Below the pieces are notes generated by a model. It was given only the letters and a program-made list of their open reading frames with translations. It searched no databases and was not told the DNA's origin. Shown here in pieces: positions 1 to 15,000 of a stretch of DNA of 64,000 bases. The number at the start of each line of letters is the position of its first letter. Within the stretch, counting starts at the first letter, position 1. The DNA lies in NCBI GenBank assembly GCA_965202585.1, contig OZ241826.1, forward strand, positions 43,648,001 to 43,712,000, given 5' to 3'. Made by a program: the position numbers and the translations under genes. Origin of the DNA: Thalia democratica (taxonomy: Eukaryota).

Positions 1-3000
1 GTAACATGTTGTACACGGACTGCGGGCCAAAGTGCATGGAAAGCTGTCAAAACTTGCTCCCCGGCAGCTGCGACAACACAAACTGCGTCAAAGGATGTTT
101 CTGCCCCGAAGGTTGGTTTTGGTGTTAGAACACACCGGTAGAGCATCGTTTTTAAATTAATTTTTACAGGACTTGTGTACGACCACGACGTTGAAACTTG
201 CATTGAAAGAGAAGGTTGCACGTGCGTCCACGGAAACATCACCTACTCGAGAAACTCCGTCATCATGCAGGACTGTAACAACTGGTTAGATGTTTTTTCT
301 AGCAGTTTAAAAAAAATCCTGAAAGAATTGAAGCGAATTTAAAACTAGCTTATAAAGTAATATAATGACAATGACACAAATTATTCAAACAGTACTTGCG
401 AGGGGGGTTACTGGAAATGTACTGAAGATGAATGTGCCGAAACGTGCTCGATTGTCGCAGAAGATCACTACCTTACATTTGATGGAAAGTGGTTTCAGGT
501 TTACAGAAATTTTTTGTTAGTGTTCAATTAAAAAAAAAGTTCTTAATTTATACAAGAGTTAAACGACTAATATTTAAGATTTCAAGCAAGATTTTTTTGT
601 TATTTATATTTATTTATATAGAAAAAGTTTCTAATCTAAAGTTATTTTTAAATAATTTCATAATAACAGTTTCGAGGGGGCTGCAAATATGTTGTTGTTG
701 AAACAACAGAAGATGCCACCAACCAGTTCTCAATACTCCTTGACAATTCTGCATGTTCAGTAGAACCTTCTGCCATGAACAATGATTGTAAGAAATCTGT
801 TATTGTCAAGTTGCACGATAGAAGTATATACACGTCAGTATTTTAATTTTCCTTAATAGTTTTTTATTTGATTTTAAAATGAAAATAAAAAATACTGCAG
901 TAATAATAAGAGTTAAAAATAAAAAAATATAGTAAACTTTTTTTTTAATTAATACTGCCCTAAACACTTTAGTGTTATTTATAAATTTTTATAACACTTT
1001 TAACAATTGTTAGATAAATTGAATGATACGAGTCTAATATAAGAGTCCTTTCTCTTGTTTTTAATTATTTCATTATAACAAAACTTTAAATAATTTATGC
1101 TCTTGAATACAAAACTTGAGCTTAACTAGCAGTTTTCTAATAGATATTTTAATCGAACTAATTTGATTTTTTAACCTTGCTTTTTGTTACGATTACTATT
1201 TTTAATATCACAGTATCACAAGCGAGGGTTTCATAATGCACGAGAACAACCTCTTAGATCTCCCGTACAGCTCTCTTGATGAAGACGAAGCCCCTAATGA
1301 GTTGCGCATCAAACGAGTGTCGACCATGTACTACAGACTGGAAACTGAATTCGGTTTGATGATTGAATGGAACACTGAACTGGGCTTTTATATTACTTTG
1401 TCTGCGACCATGAAGAATAAGGTCAGTTTGGTTTTTCTAAAGCATGTTACTAAAGCAATTAAAAATAAATATATCTTGGAACAACGTAAAAAAATTCAGA
1501 GTGTAGTTTTAAAAATTTTAAGTTTTCTAGTAGTTATGATATATCAGAAAATGCATACAGTTAGTTTGAAATGAAATAAAAAAACAGGTACGAGGTTTGT
1601 GCGGAGTGTTCAACTACGACATCAGGGACGACCTCACCATGGCGGAGGGTCAAGTCACCGTGAGCGCGGCTGAGTTTGGAAATTCGTGGAAAGTGGGACA
1701 CACTTGCGAGAAGGACATGTCTCTGCTGCCAACCTCAACGGGAGGCTGCAAGGCCAACTTGAACTTTCACAAGGAAGCCGAACGCGCTTGCAAAATATTC
1801 AAAAACGGTACATTTTATAAAAGTTCATATTTAACAGCTCTGAACTTTGTTTAATAAAGTTTAAAAGTTTTTGAAAATTTTCTTGAGTTTTTAAAGTACA
1901 TTAACTGCTAATAAGAGTATCTAAATCAATTTTTAACAACCACCTTAACAACTAACTTTCCTCTTCAGACTAACTTGCTTTTTTTAACTTTAAAAGCATG
2001 TAAATTATTAGTTAGCGACTCACTTAACCACTAACTTTTCTCTTAACCTTTAAAAACCTTATCAGACGTGTTCAAAACGTGCAACGCGCGCGTCGCACCG
2101 CAGCACTACATGCGGATGTGCGAGCACGAGATATGCCTGTGCAATGAGCGCGGCGGAACAGACGCCACTAGGTGTCGCTGCTCGGTACTGTCCAGTTACG
2201 CGCGGGCGTGCTCGCAAGAGGGCGCCAACCTGCACAACTGGAGGGACGTGAGCGGGTGCGAGGAGCGGTGCGAGGCGGGAACAATGTGGAGCTCTTGCGG
2301 CAGCGTTGAGGAGGCGACCACTTGCGAGCACGTGAGGAGTTATGAGCTGATGAATGAGACGAGTGTTAGTTGTTTTAATGACTGTAGTAATATTTTTTTA
2401 ATTAACATATGTTTAAGTACGCACTGACTCTATTTTAGTCAACATGAAAATGATTATAACAACTTTTATGTTATTGTTTTTATTTTAAATATTTTTTGGT
2501 AAACTAAACCTTTTTTTTTTCTAATAGCCACTAATGGTAGAACAACAAAACAAACAGTTTTGTTAATAAAAGCTTTAATGAGAGTTTATAAGCTTAATAG
2601 CAACCAAAATTTAAAAGTAATGTTTTATAAAGTATAAAAATTTTACACGAAAACAAATGTTATTAGTTTAGTTAAACATTTTAAATTAACAATAGCATAC
2701 CAACTGTCTTGAAGGATGTATTTGCCCTGAAGGAAAAATTTTCCTAGACCAAGACTTCAACAAGTGTGTAACGCCTGACTCCTGTCCTTGCATTTATCAG
2801 TAAGTTAAAACTGCTTTGCCTTAGTAAGAGAAACTTTTTTCTTGAATTAATTGCTTACTTATTAAATGTCACAAACAGCGAAAGGTCGTATGAAAGCGGT
2901 CACGTCAGAATTTCGCTCTGCAAGTCTCACACGTGCGAAAAAGGAACTTGGAAAGAAAAACCGATTCCGGGGTGCCACGAAAAGAGCTGCGAGAACGTAA

Positions 3001-6000
3001 GACATCACTAAAATCAAGAAGTTGATTAATATATTTATGTTATTTTAATTTCAATTCACTAGGGAATGGTGTGGAGCAACTGCACCTCGGCGAGATGCCG
3101 CAGAACTTGCCAGCACAAAGATGCCGAGTGCAGCGTAGACGCTTGCGAGGAAGGATGCACTTGCCCCGCAGGTCAAGTCTTGCATGATCTCAAATGCGTT
3201 CCGGCTGAAGAGTGCCCGTGCTTTTTGAACGGACAGCAGTACGAAAACGGAGCAGTTTTGAAAAAAGACTGCAATCATTGGTAGCATTTTTTTTGTCCGT
3301 TTTATTTTGTTAAAAAAGATTGAAAATATGCTTTCAAGTATGGCGTTAACAGTCGCAATGCTTTATCGATTTTAATCATTAAGTCTGGTTAAAAATAAAT
3401 TTCATAGCACGTGTTCGTCTTCAAAATGGGAGTGTACGAAGCACTCGTGCTCGCAAACTTGCTCCACCTTTGCCGATTCCCACTACGAGACGTTCGACAG
3501 GAGGGCGTTCGACTTTTTCGGCGAGTGCGCCTACGTGCTGGCTGAAGACTTCTGCGGCAGCGACAACGGCAGCTTCAGGGTTGTGATCGAAAACGTTCCG
3601 TGCGACGCAGGTGGCATCGTCTGCTCCAGAGCTGTGAAGGTATGACGTCACAAACAAGCAACTGATTAACAGTGATAATGACAATTTGAATACCGACAAA
3701 AAGTGTTATATATTTTTAAGGTATATAAAAACCGGTTATAAATCTAGTTAATAAGATTATGATAGTAAAAAATAGTTACAAAAACTATTTATTCAAACAG
3801 AATGAAAAAAATATCTTAAATATAGCAAAAATTAAGAAATGCTTTTTTGGTATTTTTAAGACCTAGATACGCATTTTTTAAATTTTTTGAACGTATATTA
3901 CTTTTTGAAATATAGCTTGTTAAACATTTTTCAAAGAATTTAAATAGTCGCAGTTTGAATTTTTTGTGCCTAAAAACTCGTGCACCTGAAGAAAGCTTTA
4001 CAAAAAAGTAGATAAAACTTTTAACATTGTTGAATTGTTCTTTTTCCTAACAGGTTGTCTATTACGACAAAGTGATACGCATGATCAGAGGGACCGAGCC
4101 AACAATTTACGGAAACCCGTACGCGAACCCAGACGCTGAAGAAGGGTTTGTTGAAATAGAGGAGCTCGGTCTTTTCTTTATCATCCATTTACAGGTAAAT
4201 ACACTATATTACTATACTTATGTTTAAAAAAAGTTGTTATTTTAAACGCGTAAAACTACTACTTTTAAACATTTGCAGCATGGTGTACGAATTATGTGGG
4301 ATAAGGGCACCAGGGTTTACATAAGTTTGGAACCTCATTTCATGGGTAGAGTTTGCGGGTTGTGCGGAAACTTTGACGGAAACATACTGAATGACTACAA
4401 AACTAGACAAGGTAAATTTTGCCAATATATCGAAAGCCAATGAAACAGTAACTTATTTCTAAAATGTAATTTTCTCAGTATTATCTTAGTAAAAACATTA
4501 AAACTTTTACCAACGTGTAGAACTTAGCAGTTTAATGTACGGAAGTTCTATTTCAGGTGAACAGGAGTCCAACTTGGAAGATTTCACTCATTCCTGGCGC
4601 GTTTTCGGCTCTTGCGCCCGGCCCTCCGTCGACCAAGTTCACCCTTGCGAGCTCAACCCGGGCAGGTCCCACTGGGCCAAGGCTTCGTGCAAGGTCATCC
4701 TCGAGGACGTTTTCGCCCCGTGCCACCCCTTGGTGGACCCGCAGCCGTACTACGAGTACTGCTTGTGGGACTCGTGCCACTGCGACCGCGGCGGCGACTG
4801 CGAGTGCTTCTGCACGGCGCTGGCCGCCTACGCCAGGGTCTGCCACGAGCAGAACGTCGGCATCCGGTACAGAACCGAGGACCGGTGCGGTGAGTGAAAG
4901 TTTATAAAATAGTAAATAAAGTATTCAGTTATTTAATTCAGGCTGTATGATTTATTTTCATTTAATTTGCTTATTTACATTTTTAATATCTAGTGGTTTA
5001 ATACTGACTGTGCTATCAATTTGCTTTATAAAATACTTTTCAAACTTTATACAGGACTTCAGTGCGAAAACGGCACGCAGTACAAGGAGTGCGGGTCGAC
5101 CTGCTCGGAAACCTGCCCCGAGTACCGCAACGAAGAAACGGACTGCGAGGAGTGCTTCGAGGGCTGCTTCTGCCCGCAAGGCCACGTCATGCACGGTGGT
5201 GAGTGCGTCAGGGGCGCGGAGTGTCCCTGCATGTACAACGGAACCGTCATTGAGAGCGGAGAAGTCATTGAGTTTGTGTGCGAAAAATGGTATGTTTTAG
5301 AATAAGCTTGTTGACAGTGTACAGCGAATATTTTGATGATGACTATTTCAATCTAAAGCCTTTATCTTTTTTAACTTTATAGTTAAGTTTGTTTTTTTTT
5401 ATAAAAAGTTGTATATTTAAAAACTATTAACTTAAAACATTTTCTTACAGTATCTGTGAAGACGGTAAGACGAAATGCGAAAGTATATGTGAAGAAACAA
5501 CCACAACCAATTTCTTCACAACAACCCCGTTCACCACTGAAACCATGGGAACGACCACCCTTTCAACTTCGAAGGAGACCACAGTCGAGCGGACTACGAC
5601 ACCCCGCGGCGAGACCACTGTTGTGACGACTACGACGTCGTCATTGAAAACTACGAGCGAGCCGACTTTCACGACGACTGCCCAGTACACAACTGCTTCG
5701 GGAGTTGAAACCACTACGGCAAACGAGTATGAAGTGGAAACCACGACGACTGTCGTTGAAACAACAAACTCGCCTTTTGAAACTACGACTGGTACTTGTT
5801 TAAAGAACTTTTTTGTACATTTTTTTCATAAACAAATATTAACTTTACTTTCGCTTTTAAATAGAAGTATAGTTCGATGAAAGTTACTCCTACTGTTGTT
5901 TTTTATTAAAGTACTTTTATAAATCTTTTAGATTACTTAAACAAAATACATTTGATATTAAATCTAACCAGTAATTGAAGAGCCAACGCGTACAGTGAAA

Positions 6001-9000
6001 ACAACTGAAGTTGTGACGACAACACCAATCAAGTCAAGCACCTTCAGCTACGGTCAATCTACTCAAATTCCAACAACCGTTGTTCAAACTACTACAACTG
6101 GTAAGTTAAAATAATTGATAGTATAAACCTTCTTATGAGTAACTAAATGAATTTAAACAGAATATTTTCCCAATGCAACCACTACTTTACCGGAGTCTAC
6201 AACAAAACACTCGCTCACTACTACCTACAAACCAACTCTCGTTGTGACTACTAGTGCACAAGGTGAAACCTCTACTGCTTTAGTCTACGAGACGACAACT
6301 ACAACAGAGCAATCTAAAGAAACCGCGTCAACACCTTATTCTGGTGAGTACACGTCAACGCCAATTTACTCTTCGACAACTTCGGTTGGTACAACTACGA
6401 GCGTACCCTCGCACAAAACTACTGTTCAGTCAAGTAGCACCCCAGCTCCGACTTTTAATTTTACTACCACAACTTCTCCAATAACTTTTACTACTTCCAC
6501 TCCTCATATTACTTTAACAACTTTAACAACCTCATTGCCTCAGCAAACCACTTCACAGACTCCAGGAGACATCTGCTACGTGCCAATGGATCTTGAAATA
6601 GTTTCCGGAACTCAAACTTCTGAACTGCCGTTGGTTTATGAATCGAATGGGAAGGAGTTAGAGAACAACGTTGGACATTTCGGATCTTCTAGTCCGTGGA
6701 CTCCGACTGATGATGACTTGACTCCGGAAAACGATGTCTTCATAGAAATAAGATTCAAAACTCCAGTTTACATTTTTGGTGTGAAAATCGAAGGTGCTGG
6801 AGAGGGAAGTAACAAGTACGTGAAAAAGATCAAAGTGGATTACAAACTGCAAGAAAGTGATGCTGACTTCACGGTCGTCGAATCGGGTCGGAGTGATAAC
6901 TACTTTGATGCAAATGTGGACTCGATAAACCCTGCAGATATTTACTTTCCTAATGAAACATCTGTATTGGTTACAGTCATTCGAATCCATCCTGAAGAGT
7001 GGACGGGCTTCTTTCCGGTTTTCAATGTAGGATTGTTAGGTTGTTACCATTCTTTTGCTACAACAACAGCGTATCAGCAAACGACTCATCTACCGACTTC
7101 TCAACCAACTACCACAGATACTCAAAACAAAGTATGTTACGATCTTAGAGATTTAGAAAACATTTATGGAACTACGTCAGTTGTTCAACCGGTGCTTTCC
7201 AGTTCAAACGGAGAACTGCTGAGTGAAAACATCGCACGTTTTGGATCTTCTAATCCATGGACCCCTTCTGACAAGGACTTGACTTCAGACAACGATCTGT
7301 TCATCGAAATCAAGTTCGACTCTCCCGTTTATATTTTTGGTGTTTTGACAGAAGGTGCGGGTGTTGAAACCAACAAGTTTGTTAAAAAAATCAAAGTGGA
7401 CTACAAAGTTCACGAAGACGACGCTGATTTCACAGTTATAAAATCCGGTGCCGGCAATGAATATTTTGATGCGAACGTAGACTCGATTAACCGAGCCACT
7501 CTGTATTTTCCCGGTAAAAAGCCGGTATTGGCAACAGTAGTTCGAGTTCATCCTGAAGAGTGGACAGGTTTTCTCCCGGTTTTCAATGTGGGATTGCTCG
7601 GTTGCTACAAGGAGTTTGAGTACTCCACGACTTCGCTGAAAACTACAGGAATTTTTACAACTTCACCGCCGGCGTTTGAAAGCACTACAGCAGCAACTGC
7701 ACCGATGCAAGAAGAGACGACTGTGATTACAATGACGACAACAGCAGTTACCCAGGAGCCAGTGGAAGCAACAAGCGTTTTGCACACCACAGAGAAAGCG
7801 ACTCAAACGTACGAAGTTCAAACAACTACCAGTGTGGCTAAAAAGACTACCAGTCTACCTTATGAAACGACAAGTAAGTTTAAAGAAAGATAAAGAAAGA
7901 TAAGTTTCAGTAAAATAAAAAAAAAGCATTTAAGTAAGAACTATTTTGAAGTTTATAAGTAAAAGAACAAAAAAATATTTTGCAACCATATTTCTTTGAT
8001 TAAAAAGAAAATTTAAGTACAAATGTTTACACTAAATATAAGAGGAAACTAAACTTATGACAGTATTTTATTTAAGTTTGTAGTGTAGATAAACAAGATG
8101 AACACTTTTATAATAAGATTTCTTTCAATGAATTTTGCTTAAAATATTACATTTACAGCTAGCAAACAAACACCAACAACTGAAGTAGTAACAAGTAAAG
8201 TGACTACCAAGACACCAGTAGTATCAAGCGTTTCTCCTACCACTTCTTCTACTATTGTCACTGAAACAACGCAAAAAGGTTTCAAAATAAGTTTATTAGT
8301 TACGAACATTTTGCTTACTTAACTTTTCAATTATAAAACAGAAACATATCAACCAACATTACCAGAAACATCAACTGAGCAGTCACCAGTATCTTCAACA
8401 AAACAAATTGTTACAACTACTTACAAACCAACTGTCGTAGTAAGTACTACATCTGAAGGTGAAACTGTTCCAACTGTAGTCTATGAAACAACAACTACAA
8501 CTCAACAAGAAACTACTCCAATAATATCAGGAGAAACAACACCTTACTCATCAGAAGAAACAACACCTGTTTACTTTTCTACTGTTACTGTTGGTAAAAC
8601 TACTGAAATTCCTTCACATCAAACAACTGTCGAATCAACAACAAAACCAACTTTTGCGTATACTACAACTTCGTACGAGTATCCAGAAAGTAAGTATAAA
8701 TTTAGTGTAAACTTTTATAATATTTAAAATGTTTCTTTAAATATTATATTTTAAACTAGTTACTTATTTTCTCCATTATAACAACTGTTTTATAAACAAC
8801 AGAATCGACTGCTATTCAGACAACGAGTAAAACTACGCCTACAGGTAAGAAGTTTAAAAGATTTTAGGATTTTAAGTTACTTTTACCTTTAATTGATGAA
8901 TTTATGGGTTAAGTTCAACTTTGATGTTTTAGTCCAATTATATATAAGATCTTGTCCACAGAAAATAACGTAAAGTAGTTCAACCATTAAAATTAATTTA

Positions 9001-12000
9001 AATTTTACCAAATGTTTGTAAACACCACAGAGTGAATAGTGTTATAAATAAAAACTACCAACTTAACTACTAAATATCTCAATTGAACAGTAACATTAAT
9101 AACTTCAGATAAAAAATAACTAAAAATTACCAAACGATTAAATATAGTTGCTTATTCTTAGACATATATATTATTAGTTTAGAAAACATTTTTAACAAAA
9201 CAGAAACATCAACTCCTAGTGAGACTGTTTCTTTCACAACAACAAAAGTTGAAACTACAAGTGAAATTGTAACAAACACTCCAACTGAAGGAGTAACTCC
9301 TCCATTTGAAGAAGAAGTAACAACTGTTGTTACAACTACAACTTCAAAGCAACAAACTTCACAACCATCAGCAACAACTGAACATCCTGAAACACCAGTT
9401 ATCATTGAAACAACAACTACAACTGTTGAGAAAACTCCGACACCAATAACATCTCAAACCACTGAAGGTAAACAATATCTTAACAAAACAGTTTTAATAA
9501 ACTTAGTTAACATAGATGATACATTTCCGAAACTGATAAATATGAAAATTACCTTCATCTACTTATCACTTTGAAGTATTTTTCTCGATTAGTTTGTATT
9601 AAGTAAATGAATAAATAAATTTAGCAGTATAATTTTTTTTATACAACCCTTTTTTGTTTTATAGTCGAGTAAAAATACACAAAAATTAATGATTAATTCT
9701 TGAATTTAGGACAAAAACCAAATGCAACAGTCGAGGTTACGACAACTGAAGTTGTTACAAAAACTCCTGTAATTTCTACAACATCTGAAGAAACTGGTAT
9801 CACTACAACACCTGTTACAGTTACAAAAACTACCACAAAAGGTAAAGTACAGCTGTTTTGTAATTTAATACTATTTTTATACTACTTTTATCTATGTTAT
9901 ATTGATTTTATAATTCTAATAAGTTTTTTACATTAAAATTTTCAAAACAGAAACGTATCAACCAACATCACCAGAAACTTCAACTGAGCAGTCACCAGTA
10001 TCTTCAACAAAACAAATTGTTACAACTACTTACAAACCAACTGTCGTAGTAAGTACTACCTCTGAAGGTGAAACTGTTCCAACTGTAGTCTATGAAACAA
10101 CAACTACAACTCAACAAGAAACTACTCCAATAATATCAGGAGAAACAACACCTTACTCATCAGAAGAAACAACACCTGTTTACTTTTCTACTGTTACTGT
10201 TGGTAAAACTACTGAAATTCCTTCACATCAAACAACTGTCGAATCAACAACAAAACCAACATTTGTTTATACTACAACTTCGTACGAGTATCCAGAAGGT
10301 AAACTTAAATTTATTTTATACTTTTATAAGTCTAATTAATTTTACCTACATTAACTTTCTTCAACCAAAAAACTTTTTATAAACGACAGAAACAACCGCA
10401 ATCCAATCAACAAGTGAATTTGTTCCTACAGGTAATAAATTTGTTATTTTACTAAAACCTATTTTATGCTACTTTTCTGTTTTTCTTTTTTTTTCTGTTT
10501 AATAACTAATTACATGAGTTAAAATTAAAATCATGATGGCAAATGTTTTGTAAAATTAAAATATTAAATTTTAGTTAAGTACTTCAGTCGATAATAACAC
10601 TGAAACAGTAGAAGTATTCTTGGTGAAAACTAATGTGATGCTTTGTTTATTTCGAGTAATATTGTGTATATCCACCTAGATTGTAATGAAATTAGATTAT
10701 GTTGCAAAGTTTCAGTACATTCTCTCTTCTGTTAGAAACACATGTTAAGACTTTCTAAATGAAAAGTACTAATTCCTGTTAATAATATTTTTAATTGAAA
10801 TCAAATAATTAATAAGAGTATTTTATAATATTTAACAAATTATGAAACCCCAATGGAGTCAACAACAACCAATAAGTCGTAATTTTAAATATCAACAATT
10901 GATGAAAATATAGTTAGTTATTCATAAGTTCAGCGAGAAAAATATAAAAAGTTATTAACTAAACAGAAACATCAACTCCAAGCGAGACAGTTTCTTTCTC
11001 AACAACAAAAGTTGAAACTACAAGTGAAATTGTAACAAACACTCCAACTGAAGGAGTAACTCCTCCATTTGAAGAAGAAGTAACAACTGTTGTTACAACT
11101 ACAACTTCAAAACAACAAACTTCACAACCATCGGCAATAACTGAACATCCTGAAACACCAGTTATCATTGAAACCACAACTACAACTGTTGAGAAAACTT
11201 CGACACCAATAACTTCTGAAACTACTGGAGGTTAACAATAACTAATTAAACTTAGTTAACGAAGATGATACATTTCCGAAACTGATAAATATGATAAAAA
11301 CTACCTTCATCTACTTATTATTTTAAAGTATTTTAACTGTTATTTATATAAAGTAAATGAATAAATAAAGAAGCAGTATAATTTTTTTTTTATATAACCC
11401 TTTTTTGTTTTATAGTCGAGTAAAAATACACAAAGATTAATATTTTTTCTTGAATTTAGGACAAAAACCAAATGCAACAGTCGAGGTTACGACAACTGAA
11501 GTTGTTACGAAAACTCCTGTAATTTCTACAACATCTGAAGAGGCCGGTATCACTACAACACCTGTTACAGTTACTAAAACCACAACAAAAGGTAAAATAA
11601 AACTGTTTTGTTATTTAATTTTTTTTTTTATACTACTTTAAACTATGTTTAATTGATTTTGTAATACTAATAAGTTTTTTAAATTAAAATTTTCCAAAAC
11701 AGAAACATATCAACCAACATCACCAGAAACTTCAACTGAGCAGTCACCAGTATCTTCAACAAAACAAATTGTTACAACTACTTACAAACCAACTGTCGTA
11801 GTAAGTACTACATCTGAAGGTGAAACTGTTCCAACTGTAGTCTATGAAACAACAACTACATTTCAACAAGAAACCACTCCAATAATATCAGCAGAAACAA
11901 CACCTTACTTATCAGAAGAAACAACACCTGTTTACTTTTCTACTGTTACTGTTGGTAAAACTACTGAAATTCCTTCACATCAAACAACTGTCGAATCAAA

Positions 12001-15000
12001 AACGAAACCAACATTTATTCATACTACAACTTCGTACGAGTATCCAGAAGGTGAGCTTAATTTTATTATATACTTTTATAAGTCTAAATAATTTTACCAA
12101 CATTAACTTTCTTTAACCAAAAAACTTTTTATAAACAACAGAAACAACCGCAATTCAAACAACAAGTGAAGTTGTTCCTACAGGTAATAAATTTCATACT
12201 TTACCAAAACCAATTTTATGCTACTTTTCTGTTCAAAAACTTATTACATGAGTTAAATTAAAGCCATGATGACAAAAGTTTTATATGATAAAAATATTAA
12301 GTTTTAGTTAAGTACTTTAATCGATAATAACACTGAAACAGTAGAAATATTTTGGTGAAAATTAATGTGATGATTTGTTTATTTCGAGTAATATTGTCTA
12401 TATCCACCTAGATTGTAATGAATTTAATTTATGTTGCAAAGTTTCAGTACATTCTCTCTTCTGTTAAAAACACATGTTAAGACTTTCAAAAAAAAAAACA
12501 CAAATTCTTATTAAAAGTAATTTTAATTGAAATCTATTAACTAATAAGAGTATTTCTTACTATTAAACACATTTTGAGACCCCAGTGGAGTCAACAACAA
12601 CCAATAAGTCGTAATTTTAAATATCAGCAATTGATCAAGATATAGTTCATATATTCATATATTCAGCGAAAAAGTTATAAAATGTTATCAACTAAACAGA
12701 AACATCAACTCCAAGCGAGACAGTTTGTTTCACAACAACAAAAGTTGAAACTACAAGTGAAATTGTAACAAACACTCCAACTGAAGGAGTAACTCCTCCA
12801 TTTGAAGAAGAAGTAACAACTGTTGTAACAACTACAACTTCAAAACAACAAACTTCACAACCATCAGCAACAACTGAACATTCTGAAACACCAGTTATCA
12901 TTGAAACCACAACTACAACTGTTGAGAAAACTTCGACACCATTAACTTCTGAAACTACTGAAGGTTAAATATAGTTTTAGATGTGAAACTGACAAATCTT
13001 TAGAAGTTTTGAAATATATTAAAGTCCGTTTCTACTTTTTTAACAAAGAATCGTTTAATGTTCTATAAAACTAAATAATATAATTACATAGAAATTGTGA
13101 TTTTTTTTATTATTGATACAACACATTTTATTTTTTCTCTACAGCAAAAATAAAAGTTGTTTATTAGGTAAAAAACCAAATGCAACAGTCGAGGTAACGA
13201 CAACTGAAGTTGTTACAAAAACTCCTGTAATTTCTACAACATCTGAAGAAGCTGGTATCACTACAACTCCTGTTACAGTTACCAAAACTACAACGAAAGG
13301 TAATGTTAACTAATTTGTATTTTTATACTTAAGTGATATAGAAATTTTTCAACACAGAAACATACTCGCCAACATCACCAGAAACATCAACTGAGCAGTC
13401 ACCAGTATCTTCAACAAAACAAGTTGTTACAACTACGTACAAACCAACTGTCGTAGTAAGTACTACATCTGAAGGTGAAACTGTTCCAACTGTAGTCTAT
13501 GAAACAACAACTACAACTCAACAAGAAACTACTCCAATAATATCAGGAGAAACAACACCTTACTTATCAGGAGAAACAACACCTGTATTTACAACTGTTA
13601 TTGGTACTACTACTAAAGTTCCTTCACACGAAACTACAGTTCAATCTCATTCAACGTTTATTCCTTCAAGTAAGTTGAATAATAACAGTTAATTTAAAAA
13701 AATGTAAGTATTATGTTTACAAAACTTTTCAAAACAATTATCACATTAAATATTTGCATTTTGAATAAACTAAGTTAAATGTTTGAAATAAAATTTTAAA
13801 TACAAAAAGGTACAACAGCTGAAAGTTTCGAAACAACCATATCAACAGGTTAGTATTTCATTTGTTTATAGATATTTCATGTTGAAGTATTAATGGTATT
13901 TGTATAGAACTAATTTAAAAGTTCAAAAATGCGTCTATTTCTGTAAATTCTTATTCTTTTTTTCTTTTTTTTTTGAAATATTTATAGTATCATTAAAATA
14001 AAAAACTTTGTTTATTAAAAACCAAATAATCCCGAAACACAAAAGTAATATTTATTCAAAACTTAACAAACCCCTTTTCGTATTATTTTCTTAGAGATAC
14101 TTTAATTTACTTTTTTATATAATTTTAATTAATGTAGTATCTATTGTAGCATCAACCAACCTGAAATACGAAAATTAACCATATAAAATATATATCCGTT
14201 ATCAAAAAGTTTTAAATGATTCAATTTTTTTTAATAGTTTGCACTTTTGACAAAGCGATTAGAAATTTATATGACAAAGTAAAAATATTTTTTATTATAA
14301 AATGTAAATTTAAAGGTCTATCAGTACACGCTTAAAATTTATTTACTTTTAAAGCATTCAACATACATTTAAATTGTTATAGAAACTACAACTCCTAACA
14401 AAACTGTTTCGTTTACAACAACAAAAGTTGAAAATACAAGTGAAATTGTAACAAACACTCCAACTGAAGGAGTAACTCCTCCATTTGAAGAAGAAGTAAC
14501 AACTATTGTTACAACTACAACTTCAAAACAACAAACTTCACAACCATCAGCAACAACTGAACATCCTGAAACACCAGTTATCATTGAAACAACAACTACA
14601 ACTGTTGAGAAAACTTCGACACCAATAACTTCTGAAACTACTGAAGGTTAACAATATCTAATTAAAACAGTTTTAATTAAATTTAGTTAACATAGATGAT
14701 ACATTTCCGAAACTGATAAATATGAAAACTACCTTCATCTACTTATTACTTTAAAGTATTTTTCTTTATTATTTTGTATAAGGTAAATGAATAAATAAAG
14801 GTAGCACTATAATTTTTTTTTATTAACCCTTTTTTGTTTTATAGTCGAGTAAAAATAAACAAAAATTAATGATTTATTCTTGAATTTAGGACAAAAACCA
14901 AATGCAACAGTCGAGGTTACGACAACTGAAGTTGTTACAAAAACTCCTGTAATTTCTACAACATCTGAAGAAACTGGTGTCACTACAACACCTGTTACAG

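Noticed and set aside
2062-5300. Long Ala/Arg/Pro-rich alternative-frame ORFs (2062-2331, 4553-4907, 4612-4893, 4947-5300)
   Set aside because: By-products of GC-rich, stop-poor exons; the Cys-patterned + frame explains the sequence.
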